Source of the DNA: Faecousia sp. | GTDB taxonomy: Bacteria; Bacillota; Clostridia; Oscillospirales; Oscillospiraceae | Reading direction: 5' to 3' | Length of the DNA: 64,000 bases | NCBI GenBank assembly: GCA_045647705.1 | Contig: JAZRMP010000059.1 | Location: 301 to 64,300, forward strand | Shown: positions 36,506 through 46,997 of the stretch, one piece after another | How the letters are laid out: each line of letters starts with the position of its first letter | Position numbering within the stretch: position 1 is the stretch's first letter | The notes under the pieces: generated by a model | What the model was told of the DNA's origin: nothing | The model's input: only the letters and a program-made list of their open reading frames with translations | The model's database searches: none | Position numbers and translations under genes: made by a program

Positions 36506-37447
36506 ATGAGTTTTACCTACAAAGGTTTGCGGGCTTCCTACAGTCGGCACATTGTTACCGAAGAAGAGGTAAACCGGAATATGGAGCGTTTGCGCCAGCA
36601 AAATCCCCGGATTGCGGTTGTTACCGACCGCCCCACAGAAGACGGCGATGAGATCGTTCTGGATTATGCGGGTTTTTGCGGCGACGAGCAGTTTGCCGGC
36701 GGCACTGCGGAAAATCAGACCCTGGTTCTGGGCAGTGGAATGTTTATTCCCGGCTTTGAAGAGCAACTGCTGGATAAAGTCCCTGGCGAGGAGGTTACTG
36801 TGAAAGTTACCTTCCCGGAGCAGTACCATTCGGAAGACCTGGCTGGCAAGGAAGCAAGATTTGAGTGCAAAATCAAGGAAATTCGGGTAAAAACCGAATA
36901 TGAACTGGACGATACCTTTGCTAAGGAAGTAGGCAAGTGTGATACCCTTGCAGAAATGCAGCAGAAGATGCAGCAGAGCTTGCAGGAGTACACCGACGAG
37001 CGGGGCGAGATGGATCTACAGGATCAACTGCTGAATGAAGCCGCTAAGACCCTGGAGCTGAAGATCAGCGAGAAAATGCTGGAAGATGCCGTGGAGGATC
37101 AGATGAACAACCTCCGCGCGCAGTTGGCACAGCAGGGACTGAATCTGGAAATGTACTGCCAGTTTATGAACACCACCGAGGAGAAGCTTCGGGAGGATGT
37201 GAAACCTACAGCGGAAGCAGCCCTACGCTGTCGTGCGGCCATCGACGAGATCGTGATGATCGAGGGGCTGGAGGCAAGCGAAGAGGAAATCGGTAAAGCC
37301 TTGGCTGTGATTTGCCGCCATAACAATATCACTATGGACGAGCTAAAGGAGCAGTACGATGCGGCTCTGGAGCAGATGGTTATTAACAGTGTCCTTACCG
37401 GCAAGGTAATGCGTCTTATCCGGGATGCAGCCGTTGTCGAGGAATAA
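36506..37447 (+). CDS. tig: Trigger factor paralogue lacking the N-terminal ribosome-binding domain
   Basis: Begins at YKGL..VTEEEV; FKBP domain (GGTAEN..LGSG.FIPGFEEQL..FPEQY..LAGK) plus C-terminal domain. Confidence 0.85.
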   Translation: MSFTYKGLRASYSRHIVTEEEVNRNMERLRQQNPRIAVVTDRPTEDGDEIVLDYAGFCGDEQFAGGTAENQTLVLGSGMFIPGFEEQLLDKVPGEEVTVKVTFPEQYHSEDLAGKEARFECKIKEIRVKTEYELDDTFAKEVGKCDTLAEMQQKMQQSLQEYTDERGEMDLQDQLLNEAAKTLELKISEKMLEDAVEDQMNNLRAQLAQQGLNLEMYCQFMNTTEEKLREDVKPTAEAALRCRAAIDEIVMIEGLEASEEEIGKALAVICRHNNITMDELKEQYDAALEQMVINSVLTGKVMRLIRDAAVVEE

Positions 37448-37498
37448 ATACATTAATAATGTGCAGGAAGGCACCAAACATTAAGGAGGAAACACACT

Positions 37499-39310
37499 AT
37501 GGCAATCGTTTTTGACGAAAATGGCAAGTATGTGGACGAGAAGGGCCTGGTAAAGCTGGACCCCACCATGTTCGCTGACTGGCAGATCGCAGAGGAAGCA
37601 GAAAAGACTCTGCCCTCTGTGGACTACTTCCGCGAGAAGCTGGGTCTGCTGGAAGAGGAAATAATTCCCTACGGCAAGACCCCCAAGATCGACTTCATCA
37701 AGGTTATGAAGCGTCTGGCAGACAAGCCTGATGGCAAATTCATCGAGGTTACTGCTGTTACTCCCACTCCCTTTGGTGAAGGTAAGTCCACCGTTTCCCT
37801 GGGCCTGATCGAGGGTCTGGGCTACATCGGTAAGAAAGCCGGCGGTGCTCTGCGGCAGCCTTCCGGCGGCCCCACCATGAACGTTAAGGGTACTGCTGCC
37901 GGCGGCGGTAACGCTCTGCTGATGCCTATGACCGAGTTCTCTCTGGGTCTGACCGGCGACATCAACGACATTATGAACGCCCACAACCTGGCTATGGTTG
38001 CCCTGACTGCCCGTATGCAGCACGAGCGCAACAACACAGACGAGTGGCTGGCTAAGAAGGGTCTGAAGCGTCTGGACATCGACCCCAAGCGTGTGGAGAT
38101 GGGTTGGATCATCGACTTCTGCGCACAGTCCCTGCGTAACATCATCATTGGTATCGGTGGTCGTCTGGATGGCTTCATGATGGAGTCCAAGTTCGGCATC
38201 GCTGTTGGTTCCGAGCTGATGGCTATCCTGGCTGTTGCCAAGGACCTGAAGGATCTGCGTGAGCGTATCGGCAAGATCGTTGTTGCTTACTCCAAGACCG
38301 GTGCGCCTGTTACCTGTGAGGACTTGGATGTTGCCGGTGCTATGACCGCTTGGATGCGTAACGCCATCAACCCCACCATGTCCTACTCCGTCGAGCCTCA
38401 CCCCGTTCTGATCCACGCCGGTCCCTTTGCTAACATTGCTATCGGCCAGTCCTCCGTTATCGCTGACCGTCTGGCTCTGAAGCTGTTCGACTACCATGTT
38501 ACCGAGTCCGGCTTCGCAGCTGACATCGGCTTCGAAAAGTTCTGGAACGTTAAGACCCGTCTGTCCGGCCTGACTCCCAACGTTTCCGTTCTGGTCGCTA
38601 CCGTCCGTTCCTTGAAGATGCACGGCGGCGGTCCCAAGGTTACTCCCGGCGCACCCCTGCCCAAGGAGTACAAGGAGGAGAACCTGGAGCTGCTGGAGAA
38701 GGGTACTTGCAACCTGTTCCACCATGTGAACACCATCAAGAAGTCCGGCATCAACCCCGTAGTCTGCATTAACCGTTTCTACACCGATACCGATGCGGAA
38801 ATCGCCCTGCTGAAGAAGCTGTGTGCTGAGCGCGGTGTTCGTTGCGCTGAGTCCAACCACTGGAGATACGGCGGCGAAGGTGCTGCTGAGCTGGCCCGCG
38901 TTGTTGTTGAGGCCTGTGAGGATCCCGTGGAGGTTAAGTTCCTGTACGACCTGGATATGCCCCTGCGTGAGCGTGTTGAGCGTATCGCTAAGGAAGTTTA
39001 CGGCGCTGACGGTGTTACCTGGCTGCCTCTGGCTGTTGAGAAGGCTGAGCGTTTTGAGAAGGATCCCAAGTACGCTGACTACTGCACCATGATGGTTAAG
39101 ACCCACCTGTCCCTGTCCGATGATCCCACCAAGAAGGGTGTGCCCACCGGCTGGAAGCTGACCATCCGTGATATTCTGGAGTACGGCGGCGCTAAGTTCC
39201 TGTGCCCCATGGCCGGTACCATCTCCATGATGCCCGGTACTGCGGCAGATCCTGCATACCGTCGTGTTGACGTTGACGTCGAAACCGGCAAGGTTAGCGG
39301 CCTGTTCTAA
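37499..39310 (+). CDS. fhs: Formate--tetrahydrofolate ligase
   Basis: [48 protein letters not shown]. Confidence 0.96.
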   Translation: MAIVFDENGKYVDEKGLVKLDPTMFADWQIAEEAEKTLPSVDYFREKLGLLEEEIIPYGKTPKIDFIKVMKRLADKPDGKFIEVTAVTPTPFGEGKSTVSLGLIEGLGYIGKKAGGALRQPSGGPTMNVKGTAAGGGNALLMPMTEFSLGLTGDINDIMNAHNLAMVALTARMQHERNNTDEWLAKKGLKRLDIDPKRVEMGWIIDFCAQSLRNIIIGIGGRLDGFMMESKFGIAVGSELMAILAVAKDLKDLRERIGKIVVAYSKTGAPVTCEDLDVAGAMTAWMRNAINPTMSYSVEPHPVLIHAGPFANIAIGQSSVIADRLALKLFDYHVTESGFAADIGFEKFWNVKTRLSGLTPNVSVLVATVRSLKMHGGGPKVTPGAPLPKEYKEENLELLEKGTCNLFHHVNTIKKSGINPVVCINRFYTDTDAEIALLKKLCAERGVRCAESNHWRYGGEGAAELARVVVEACEDPVEVKFLYDLDMPLRERVERIAKEVYGADGVTWLPLAVEKAERFEKDPKYADYCTMMVKTHLSLSDDPTKKGVPTGWKLTIRDILEYGGAKFLCPMAGTISMMPGTAADPAYRRVDVDVETGKVSGLF

Positions 39311-39367
39311 TCCACGATTTTTCAATAAGCAGAGGCGGATTTCCGCCTCTGCTTTTGGAGCATTTAG

Positions 39368-39451
39368 AAAGTTGACAGTTGACAGTTGAAAGTTGACAGT
39401 TATGCGATCAAATATCTGAATTGTCAATTATCAATTGTCAAGTGTCAATTG
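39368..39451. repeat. Inverted heptamer tandem arrays (AGTTGAC)n ... (AATTGTC)n
   Basis: About 5 units at 39368-39402 facing about 4-5 complementary units at 39419-39451. Confidence 0.85.
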
Positions 39452-39478
39452 AAATTTCGACAAAGGAGAAATTTATTT

Positions 39479-40099
39479 ATGGATATGACAATGGAAACCT
39501 GCCGCAAGTTTGTGGAGGTACTGGCTTCCGATGCTCCCGCCCCCGGCGGCGGCGGTGCAGCAGCCCTGGTAGGCGCTATCGGCACAGCTCTGGGCAACAT
39601 GGTCGGTTCTCTGACTGTGGGTAAAAAGAAGTACGCCGATGTAGAGGCTGAGATCATCGATTTAAAGGCAAAGTGCGATGCTTTGCAGAAGGAACTTCTG
39701 GACCAGGTAGAGGCTGATGAGGTCAACTTCCTGCCTCTGGCTAAGGCCTACGGCATTCCCAAGGATGATCCCAACCGGGACGCTGTCATGGAGGAGGCCA
39801 CTATCATCGCCTGCTCCACACCCATGAAGATCATGGAGCTGAGCTGCCGGGCCATCGAGTACATTTCTGTGTTTGCCGCTAAGGGCAGCCGGCTGGCTGT
39901 TTCCGATGCAGGCTGTGGTGCTGTTTGCTGTAAGGCAGCCTTGCAAGCAGCTTCTCTGAATGTGTTTATTAACACCAAGACGCTGAAGAATCGCCAGGTT
40001 GCCGAGGAGATGAACGCCAAGGCTCTGGGCATGATGGACAAGTACTGTGCCATGGCTGACGAGATCTTTAACTCCGTCAAGGCTGGCTTTGGTGTATAA
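39479..40099 (+). CDS. fchA: Methenyl-THF cyclohydrolase (cyclodeaminase/cyclohydrolase family)
   Basis: LASDAPAPGGG.AAA, MV..LT.GKKKY, SDAG, NV.IN. Confidence 0.9.
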   Translation: MDMTMETCRKFVEVLASDAPAPGGGGAAALVGAIGTALGNMVGSLTVGKKKYADVEAEIIDLKAKCDALQKELLDQVEADEVNFLPLAKAYGIPKDDPNRDAVMEEATIIACSTPMKIMELSCRAIEYISVFAAKGSRLAVSDAGCGAVCCKAALQAASLNVFINTKTLKNRQVAEEMNAKALGMMDKYCAMADEIFNSVKAGFGV

Positions 40100-40163
40100 A
40101 AGCAAATAAGGCCCCTTTACACAAGGGAGGCTTTCATACTTATCATTTAGAAGGAGAATTATT

Positions 40164-41036
40164 ATGGCAAAGAGACTGTTAGGCAAAGAAGTTAACGAAG
40201 CACTGGTCGCAGCGCTGAAGGAGCGTACTGCTGCGCTGCAGGCAAAGGGTGTTGTTCCCACCCTGGGCATTATCCGTCTGGGCGAGAATCCTTCTGACCT
40301 GTCTTATGAGAAGGGTGCTACCAAGCGTGCTGAGGAAGTGGGCGTTGCCGTTAAGAATTTTGTTTTGCCCGAAACCGCTACGAAGGAAGAAGTGCTGGCT
40401 GTAGTTGACCAGGTCAATGCCGATGCTTCCATCCACGGCGTTCTGATGTTCCGTCCCCTGCCCAAGCACTTGAAGGCAGACCAGGACGAGATCTGCAATC
40501 GTCTGGACCCCAAGAAGGATGTAGACTCTATGACCCACATGTCCAACGCCGGTGTTTTCGAGGGCCAGGATCTGGGCTATGCCCCCTGCACCCCCTCCGC
40601 CTGCATGGAGATTTTGGATCACTACGGCATTGACTGCAAGGGCAAGAAGGCGGTAGTCATTGGCCGCAGCCTGGTGGTTGGCAAGCCTGCCGCTATGATG
40701 TTGATGGCTAAGAACGCTACCGTTACCATCTGCCATACGAAGACCATGGACACTGCTGCTGTCTGCCGGGAGGCTGACATTATCATCTCCGCAGCCGGCG
40801 TGCTGAAGAGTCTGACCAAGGACTATGTCCGTCCCGGTCAGGTGGTTATCGATGTGTCTATGAACTGGGATGCTGAGAAGGTTACCTCTAAGGGTGTTGG
40901 CGGCATGTCCGGCGACGCTGTGTTTGACGAGGTTGAGCCCATCGTTGAAGCCATCACCCCGGTTCCCGGCGGTGTTGGCGCAGTTACCACCTCTGTGCTC
41001 ATGAAGCACGTGGTCGAGGCTGCCGAGAAGGTCTGA
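40164..41036 (+). CDS. folD: Methylene-THF dehydrogenase (FolD family, probably monofunctional)
   Basis: KDVD, PCTP, GRSLVVGKP, NATVTICH, ITPVPGGVG. Confidence 0.93.
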   Translation: MAKRLLGKEVNEALVAALKERTAALQAKGVVPTLGIIRLGENPSDLSYEKGATKRAEEVGVAVKNFVLPETATKEEVLAVVDQVNADASIHGVLMFRPLPKHLKADQDEICNRLDPKKDVDSMTHMSNAGVFEGQDLGYAPCTPSACMEILDHYGIDCKGKKAVVIGRSLVVGKPAAMMLMAKNATVTICHTKTMDTAAVCREADIIISAAGVLKSLTKDYVRPGQVVIDVSMNWDAEKVTSKGVGGMSGDAVFDEVEPIVEAITPVPGGVGAVTTSVLMKHVVEAAEKV

Positions 41037-41053
41037 TTTTGAGATTTTATAAT

Positions 41054-41125
41054 TGATCTGTATAACTGACGGAATTGCGGAGCACCGCAAGGGAGTACAG
41101 ATTGTAAATGCCGACCGTCTGGGCG
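41054..41125 (+). ncRNA. ZMP/ZTP (pfl) riboswitch
   Basis: P1 ATCTGTA/TACAGAT, ACTGACGG pseudoknot strand, P2 GCGG-AGCA-CCGC, GGGAG, 3' GCCGACCGTCTGGGC whose loop CCGTC pairs with GACGG. Confidence 0.88.
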
Positions 41126-41157
41126 ATTCGATCCTATAGGGTCGAATCGCCCTTTTT
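41121..41157 (+). terminator. Riboswitch terminator overlapping P3 (ON-switch layout)
   Basis: GGGCGATTCGATCC-TATA-GGGTCGAATCGCCC followed by TTTTT. Confidence 0.8.
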
Positions 41158-41164
41158 GTCCAAC

Positions 41165-41337
41165 AAATTCCTGTTTATCGGGCAGTTTGTACCACACTAT
41201 GTCATTTCGACTGAGCCGCAGGCGAATGGAGAAATCCGTTCCCCTACAAGGGATTACGATTCCTCGACTACCCCTTCGGCTTCGCTCAGGGTCCGCTCGG
41301 AATGACAAGCAGTAAACTGCCCGACGAATCAGAATTT
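41165..41337. repeat. Miniature TIR element with TGTCATT..AATGACA palindromic cargo
   Basis: AAATTCCTGTTTATCGGGCAGTTT..AAACTGCCCGACGAATCAGAATTT; inner element 41200-41307. Confidence 0.8.
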
Positions 41338-41363
41338 AAAAACTTCATTATTTGAGGTGTACC

Positions 41364-42755
41364 ATGAAAAAATTAAACGATCTTAGTGAAAGCTGCTTCT
41401 TGAAGCTGTTTTTTGTCTTTGTGTCCCTGTGCTTTATCGTGGCGGCGGTGATTATGCCCGACAGAGCCATGATGCTGAAGGGGTTTACCAATATCCTTCT
41501 GATGCCCTGTAAAGTTACCACAAACTATTTCTATATAGGCGGCTTTGCGGCTACCTTTTTGAATATGGGTCTGGTGGGACTGTTTTGTACCGCGCTGTGT
41601 TTTCTGCCCGGTGCCAAGGCAGTCAATGCCACCACACTGGGATTTCTGCTCACGGTAGGTTTTGGTGCATGGGGCATCAATCCTCTGAATATGATCCCGA
41701 CGATCCTGGGCGTATGCCTGTTCTGCCTGATCAAAAAGGAAGCACTGGGCAGTCAAGTGAATGCCATGATGTTCTCTACCGGTATTGCACCTTTGATTTC
41801 CGAGCTGCTGTTCCGCTATCCCGGCACCGGCGCGGAGGCACCGTATCTGGGCTTCAATCTTCTGGGTGCTGCCCTTGCATTGGTTGTGGGTCTGATTATT
41901 GGCTTCTTCCTGCCCGCAGGTCTGAGCCACGCACCCAATATCCACAAGGGGTACAACCATTATTCAGCTGCTGTGCCCATTGGATTTACCGCTTTTTTTC
42001 TGCGGGTGGTGCTGTATAATGTGATGCTGGGCATGAAGATTGGCGATGTCAGTTCTCTGACAAATTATACATCTACTAGGGATTTTTTCTACGCCTGTAA
42101 TATTTTCTGCATCGTGCTGCTTGGCAGCTGCATTTTAGTGGCGGCACTCATGGGCTGCAAGTTTAAGGATTACTGGAATCTTATGAAGGACCCCGGACAG
42201 GGTGTCAGCTTCACCACCAAGTACGGCAATGCACCCTTCCTTATGAATGTGGGCGTTTACGGTCTGATGATCGTTGCCTACTTCAATCTTGCGGCATTCA
42301 TGGATGGCGGGACGGCACGGATGTCTACGGTTTGGACCGGTATGACATTCGGTATTGTGTTCTGTATGCTGTGTACCTGCAATTCCGGCAGCCATCCCGG
42401 CAATGTATGGCCTATTATGGCAGGTTATGTACTGACTTCCTACCTGTTTGGCTTTATTGCAAAGCAGTTTGGCGTGGAGAACTACAGCCTGACCATCGCC
42501 AATCAGGGAATCCTCATTGGTCTGTGCTACGCCAACGGTTTGAGTCCCATTGCCGGTAAGTACGGCTTCGGATACGGTATTTTGGCAGGTGGGCTGCACT
42601 ATCTGCTGGTAACGGCTGTGCCCGATATGCACGGCGGCTTCTGTCTGTATAACGGTGGATTTACAGCCGCACTGATTTGCCTGATGCTGGTTCCCCAACT
42701 GGAAAAATTCTGCAAGACAAAGCAAGAAAGAAAAGCCGTGAAAGCGGAGCAATAA
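41364..42755 (+). CDS. DUF1576-like polytopic membrane protein
   Basis: Two internal repeats (GGFAATFLNMG/APFLMNVG; TGIAP/NGLSP; HKGYNHY/HGGFCLYNGGFTA); many TM segments. Confidence 0.75.
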   Translation: MKKLNDLSESCFLKLFFVFVSLCFIVAAVIMPDRAMMLKGFTNILLMPCKVTTNYFYIGGFAATFLNMGLVGLFCTALCFLPGAKAVNATTLGFLLTVGFGAWGINPLNMIPTILGVCLFCLIKKEALGSQVNAMMFSTGIAPLISELLFRYPGTGAEAPYLGFNLLGAALALVVGLIIGFFLPAGLSHAPNIHKGYNHYSAAVPIGFTAFFLRVVLYNVMLGMKIGDVSSLTNYTSTRDFFYACNIFCIVLLGSCILVAALMGCKFKDYWNLMKDPGQGVSFTTKYGNAPFLMNVGVYGLMIVAYFNLAAFMDGGTARMSTVWTGMTFGIVFCMLCTCNSGSHPGNVWPIMAGYVLTSYLFGFIAKQFGVENYSLTIANQGILIGLCYANGLSPIAGKYGFGYGILAGGLHYLLVTAVPDMHGGFCLYNGGFTAALICLMLVPQLEKFCKTKQERKAVKAEQ

Positions 42756-42958
42756 ACAAGCAACGCACCGCCGTTGGGCGGCACCTGGAGAAAAGGTGCT
42801 GTCTGACGGCGGTGCATTACACCTTAAATAATTTTTTTATATTTAATTTGGAAAACTTTGGCAGTTTTTTCTCTTGTAACCATAACGCTATGGTGGTATG
42901 ATACGGCATAAACGAAGAAAGACGGCTGTGGCAACGGCATAGCAGCCAAAATTTTTCA

Positions 42959-44272
42959 ATGCGGTTAAAAGAAGGGTTTGCTTTGGGTAGTTCATTGGTT
43001 TGTGTAGCGGTTGCGGTTATTGGGGGACTCTTGTTGTCCCGATTGACAAAACTGCTGCATTTGCCTGCGGTTACAGCGTATTTGGTAGCCGGTTTGCTTT
43101 TAGGCCCGTTTTGTCTGGGGGGCTTGGGCGTGAAAGGATTTGGCTTTCAGTCCTTGGGGCAGTTGGAAGGCATGGGGATTCTGACACAGACGGCACTGGG
43201 TTTTATTGCTTTTTCTATGGGCAGTGAATTTCGGCTGCATCAGTTAAAGAGCATGGGTGTCAAAGCCATTATTATCGGTGTGGTGCAAGCGGTGGTAACG
43301 ACAATTTTTGTAGATGTTTTTTTGATCGGACTGCACTTGTTGTTTCCATCCGTACTGTCGCTGCCTGCGGCGTTGGTTCTGGGTGCGATTGCATCTGCGA
43401 CGGCACCGGCAGCTACCTTAATGGTTGTACGGCAATATAAAGCAGATGGTCCGTTAACAAGGCTTCTGATGTTAGTGGTTGCCATTGATGATGCGGTAGG
43501 TCTGTTTCTGTTCTCTGTATCCTTCGGTGTTGCCTCTGCGTTGGAGAGTGGTGCGGTGAATATCTTAGGCGTTGTGGTAGAGCCTGTTATGGAGATTGTT
43601 TTGTCTCTGGGGCTAGGTGCCATAATAGGCCTGCTTTTGGATAGATTGGAGATTTTCTTCCACTCTCGGAGCAAGCGTATGACAATCTCTGTAGCCTTTG
43701 TCCTGCTTGCCGTGGGGCTTTCTACGATGCGATTTTCCATTGGACCGGTCCATTGCGGCTTCTCTTTGCTGCTGGTATGTATGATGACCGGAACAGTATT
43801 TTGCAATGTCTGTGATACTTCTCAGGAGCTTATGGACCGTGTGGAGAGATGGACAGTGCCCCTAAATGTGCTGTTTTTTGTAATTTCCGGCGCAGAACTT
43901 GATTTGCAGGTGTTGGTTAACCCGGTAACTTTGATCGTGGGAGCTGTCTATATTGTAGCCAGATCGGCAGGTAAATATTTCGGTGCTTACGAAAGCTGCC
44001 GCAGTTGCAAGTGTGCGCCGCAAATAACAAAGCATCTGGGTATCACGCTGCTGCCCCAAGCAGGTGTGGCGTTGGGAATGGCAATGACGGCAACGGCATT
44101 GGCAGATGGTGGATTGGTCCGAAATGTGATTTTGTTCAGTGTGCTGGTATATGAAATGGTAGGACCTGCACTAACAAAACGGTCTTTGTTGCTTGCCGGA
44201 GAAATTAAACCGAGCGGTAAGAGCAGCGCGCGTGTTCTGGATAACCCCCGGGAACATATAAGCATCCATTAA
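42959..44272 (+). CDS. Cation:proton antiporter (CPA2-like)
   Basis: LPAVTAYL..G.L.GP, ATAPAAT, VAIDDA, PQAGVA; start uncertain. Confidence 0.88.
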   Translation: MRLKEGFALGSSLVCVAVAVIGGLLLSRLTKLLHLPAVTAYLVAGLLLGPFCLGGLGVKGFGFQSLGQLEGMGILTQTALGFIAFSMGSEFRLHQLKSMGVKAIIIGVVQAVVTTIFVDVFLIGLHLLFPSVLSLPAALVLGAIASATAPAATLMVVRQYKADGPLTRLLMLVVAIDDAVGLFLFSVSFGVASALESGAVNILGVVVEPVMEIVLSLGLGAIIGLLLDRLEIFFHSRSKRMTISVAFVLLAVGLSTMRFSIGPVHCGFSLLLVCMMTGTVFCNVCDTSQELMDRVERWTVPLNVLFFVISGAELDLQVLVNPVTLIVGAVYIVARSAGKYFGAYESCRSCKCAPQITKHLGITLLPQAGVALGMAMTATALADGGLVRNVILFSVLVYEMVGPALTKRSLLLAGEIKPSGKSSARVLDNPREHISIH

Positions 44273-44399
44273 AATTTACAACAAGCACTTCCGGAGCCTT
44301 TTCCGGAAGTGCTTGTGCGTTGTGGGGAAAATTTGACTGTTGCAGGGCTTTCTGCTATAATGCACCCAGAAGATCGTGGCCCATCAGGAGGAAACAGAT

Positions 44400-45083
44400 A
44401 TGCGTATGCGCAAAATGAAAAACTTGGAACCCAGAATGGAAAAATGCACCCAATACCGCATTTTACAGCCGGACACATTAAAGGGAAACTGGCGTTCCTT
44501 GAAACCCGATGCTACCGCCCTTTGGGTAGAGGTAGGCTGCGGTAAGGGTAAGTTTACCACAGAGACAGCACAGGCAAACCCCGGTGTGCTGATGGTTGCA
44601 GTGGAGCGTTGCCGGGAGGCTATGGTAGTGGCCATGGAGAAGGCACGGGAAATGGAATTAAAAAATGTATTCTTCATTGATATGGATGTGGATAAAATTG
44701 AAGAGATTTTTGCCGGGGAAGAGATTGACCGACTGTTTATCAATTTTCCCGACCCGTGGCCCCGGAAGAAGAATGCCAAGCGCCGTTTGACACACAGAAG
44801 CTTTTTGGATAAGTATTGCCGTGTTGTCAAATCCGGTGAGGAGATTCACTTCAAAACAGATAATGCGCCGTTGTTTGCGTTTTCTTTAGAGGAATTTGCT
44901 GCCTGCGGTTTGCAAGTGAACAATTTGACCCAAAACCTCCATGAGAACGGCATTGTGGGGATTATGACTGGGTATGAGGAGAAATTTCACGCTATGGGCA
45001 CGCCCATCAATCGCTGTGAGGTGGTATGCCAACCCTTTGCCCTGCCTGCTCAGGAGAAAAAACCATCGGAGGAGACGGTATGA
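44400..45083 (+). CDS. trmB: tRNA (guanine-N7)-methyltransferase
   Basis: EVGCGKG.F, NFPDPWP.K..KRRL, FKTD, T.YE.KF. Confidence 0.95.
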   Translation: MRMRKMKNLEPRMEKCTQYRILQPDTLKGNWRSLKPDATALWVEVGCGKGKFTTETAQANPGVLMVAVERCREAMVVAMEKAREMELKNVFFIDMDVDKIEEIFAGEEIDRLFINFPDPWPRKKNAKRRLTHRSFLDKYCRVVKSGEEIHFKTDNAPLFAFSLEEFAACGLQVNNLTQNLHENGIVGIMTGYEEKFHAMGTPINRCEVVCQPFALPAQEKKPSEETV

Positions 45084-46951
45084 CCTATTACCAGGCAGGT
45101 AGCTGTGATGTTGCGGTTATCGGCGCAGGACATGCCGGCATTGAAGCCGCATTGGCTTCTGCCCGGCTGGGAATGCATACGATCCTGTTTACCATCAATA
45201 TGGATGCTGTAGGCAATATGCCCTGTAATCCGGCGATCGGCGGCACCGGTAAAGGCCATATTGTCCGGGAATTGGATGCTTTGGGCGGCGAAATGGGTCT
45301 TGCAGCAGACAAAGCATGTATCCAGTATCGGATGCTGAACCGGGGCAAGGGTCCTGCGGTCCACTCTCTGCGGGCGCAGGCAGACCGGCGGAAGTATCAG
45401 CAGGTAATGAAACACACGCTGGAAAAACAGGAGAATCTGGAACTAAAGCAGGCGCAGATCGTTGCGGTGCTCACGGAAAACGGTACTGTTACCGGTGTAA
45501 GGACCCAATTAGGGGCGATTTATGCTGCCAAGGCGGTGATTGTTGCCACCGGTACTTTTTTAGACAGCACGATCGTAATTGGAGAGTCGGTGCTGCCCTC
45601 CGGACCCGACGGAATGCACCCGTCCCATGGTCTTGCAGACAATCTGCGGGAGCTGGGGCTTTCCCTCCGTCGGTTCAAAACCGGAACACCGCCAAGAGTA
45701 AATCGCAGGTCCATTGATTTTTCCAAAATGGAACTACAGCCGGGGGATGACGACCCGGAGCCCTTTTCTTTCCGTACAGAGCATAAGGTGGAAAACCGGG
45801 CAGTGTGCTATCTGACCTATACCAATGCTGAAACCCATCGGGTTATCCGGGAGAACCTTCACCGCAGTCCCATGTACGATGGAACGATTTCCGGGGTTGG
45901 TCCCCGGTATTGCCCCAGTATTGAGACAAAGATAGTGCGTTTTGCGGATAAGGAGCGGCATCAGCTTTTTGTGGAGCCCTGTGGCATGGACACAGAAGAA
46001 ATGTATATTCAGGGTTTTTCCTCCAGTCTGCCGGAGGATGTGCAGCTTCAAATGCTGCGTACTGTTCCGGGTCTGGAACAGGCAGAGATGATGCGCCCGG
46101 CGTATGCCATTGAGTACGAGTGCATTGACCCCACCCAGCTTATGCCCACGCTGGAAACAAAGGCTGTGTCCGGACTGTACGGTGCAGGTCAGTTCAACGG
46201 CACCTCCGGCTATGAGGAAGCGGCGGCCCAGGGTCTGGTGGCAGGTGTGAACGCAGCACTGAAGATACAAGGAAAAGAGCCGATGATTCTTACCCGGGAT
46301 ACCAGCTATATTGGCACGCTCATTGATGATTTGGTAACAAAGGGAACAGAGGAACCCTATCGGATTATGACCAGCCGTTCGGAGTACCGGCTACTGCACC
46401 GGCAGGATAATGCTGACCATCGACTGACGGCCATTGGTGCGGCGGTGGGGCTTGTACCCCGGAGCCGTCTGCTGGAGGTTGAGGAAAAGTACAATGCGGT
46501 TCGGCGGGAGATCACACGGCTGGAGGCCTGCGGTGTTCCCGGGTCGGAGTCGTTGAATGCGATGCTGGAAAGCCGGGACTCTGCTCCGGTGGCAAATTCC
46601 GCAAGGCTGGCAGATCTTCTTCGCCGCCCCCAGGTGTCCTACGAGGATATTGCCCCCTTTGATCCCGGCAGACCTGTCCTTTCGCCGGCAGTTACCCAGG
46701 AGGTGCAGATCCAACTGAAGTATGCTGGTTATCTTGCCCGACAGGAGAAACAGGTGGAACAGTTCCGTAAGGAGGAGGCCCGTCTGCTGCCCGGGGATAT
46801 GGATTATGAAGCCATTGCCGGTCTGCGGCTGGAAGCCAAGGAAAAGCTGATGCAGATCCGTCCGGTGTCTATCGGACAGGCTGGGCGTATTTCCGGTGTC
46901 AGCCCGGCGGATATTGCGGTATTGCTGATCTGGCTGGAACAAAATAAGTAA
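45080..46951 (+). CDS. mnmG: tRNA uridine-5-carboxymethylaminomethyl synthesis enzyme
   Basis: [49 protein letters not shown]. Confidence 0.96.
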   Translation: MTYYQAGSCDVAVIGAGHAGIEAALASARLGMHTILFTINMDAVGNMPCNPAIGGTGKGHIVRELDALGGEMGLAADKACIQYRMLNRGKGPAVHSLRAQADRRKYQQVMKHTLEKQENLELKQAQIVAVLTENGTVTGVRTQLGAIYAAKAVIVATGTFLDSTIVIGESVLPSGPDGMHPSHGLADNLRELGLSLRRFKTGTPPRVNRRSIDFSKMELQPGDDDPEPFSFRTEHKVENRAVCYLTYTNAETHRVIRENLHRSPMYDGTISGVGPRYCPSIETKIVRFADKERHQLFVEPCGMDTEEMYIQGFSSSLPEDVQLQMLRTVPGLEQAEMMRPAYAIEYECIDPTQLMPTLETKAVSGLYGAGQFNGTSGYEEAAAQGLVAGVNAALKIQGKEPMILTRDTSYIGTLIDDLVTKGTEEPYRIMTSRSEYRLLHRQDNADHRLTAIGAAVGLVPRSRLLEVEEKYNAVRREITRLEACGVPGSESLNAMLESRDSAPVANSARLADLLRRPQVSYEDIAPFDPGRPVLSPAVTQEVQIQLKYAGYLARQEKQVEQFRKEEARLLPGDMDYEAIAGLRLEAKEKLMQIRPVSIGQAGRISGVSPADIAVLLIWLEQNK

Positions 46952-46952
46952 G

Positions 46953-46981
46953 CACGGAAATCGCCTTCGACGCATAGGATA
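46953..46981 (+). promoter_or_regulatory. Candidate mother-cell (sigmaK/sigmaE-type) promoter
   Basis: CACG-N16-CATAGGATA. Confidence 0.45.
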
Positions 46982-46997
46982 GTCGGAGGCGATTTTT

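Noticed and set aside
37481-39427. 648-aa antisense ORF over fhs
   Set aside because: Shadow frame caused by strong codon bias of fhs; no RBS or motifs
43800-44020. Cys-rich stretches in the antiporter as a metal site
   Set aside because: Scattered cysteines are common in this genome's proteins; no clear motif
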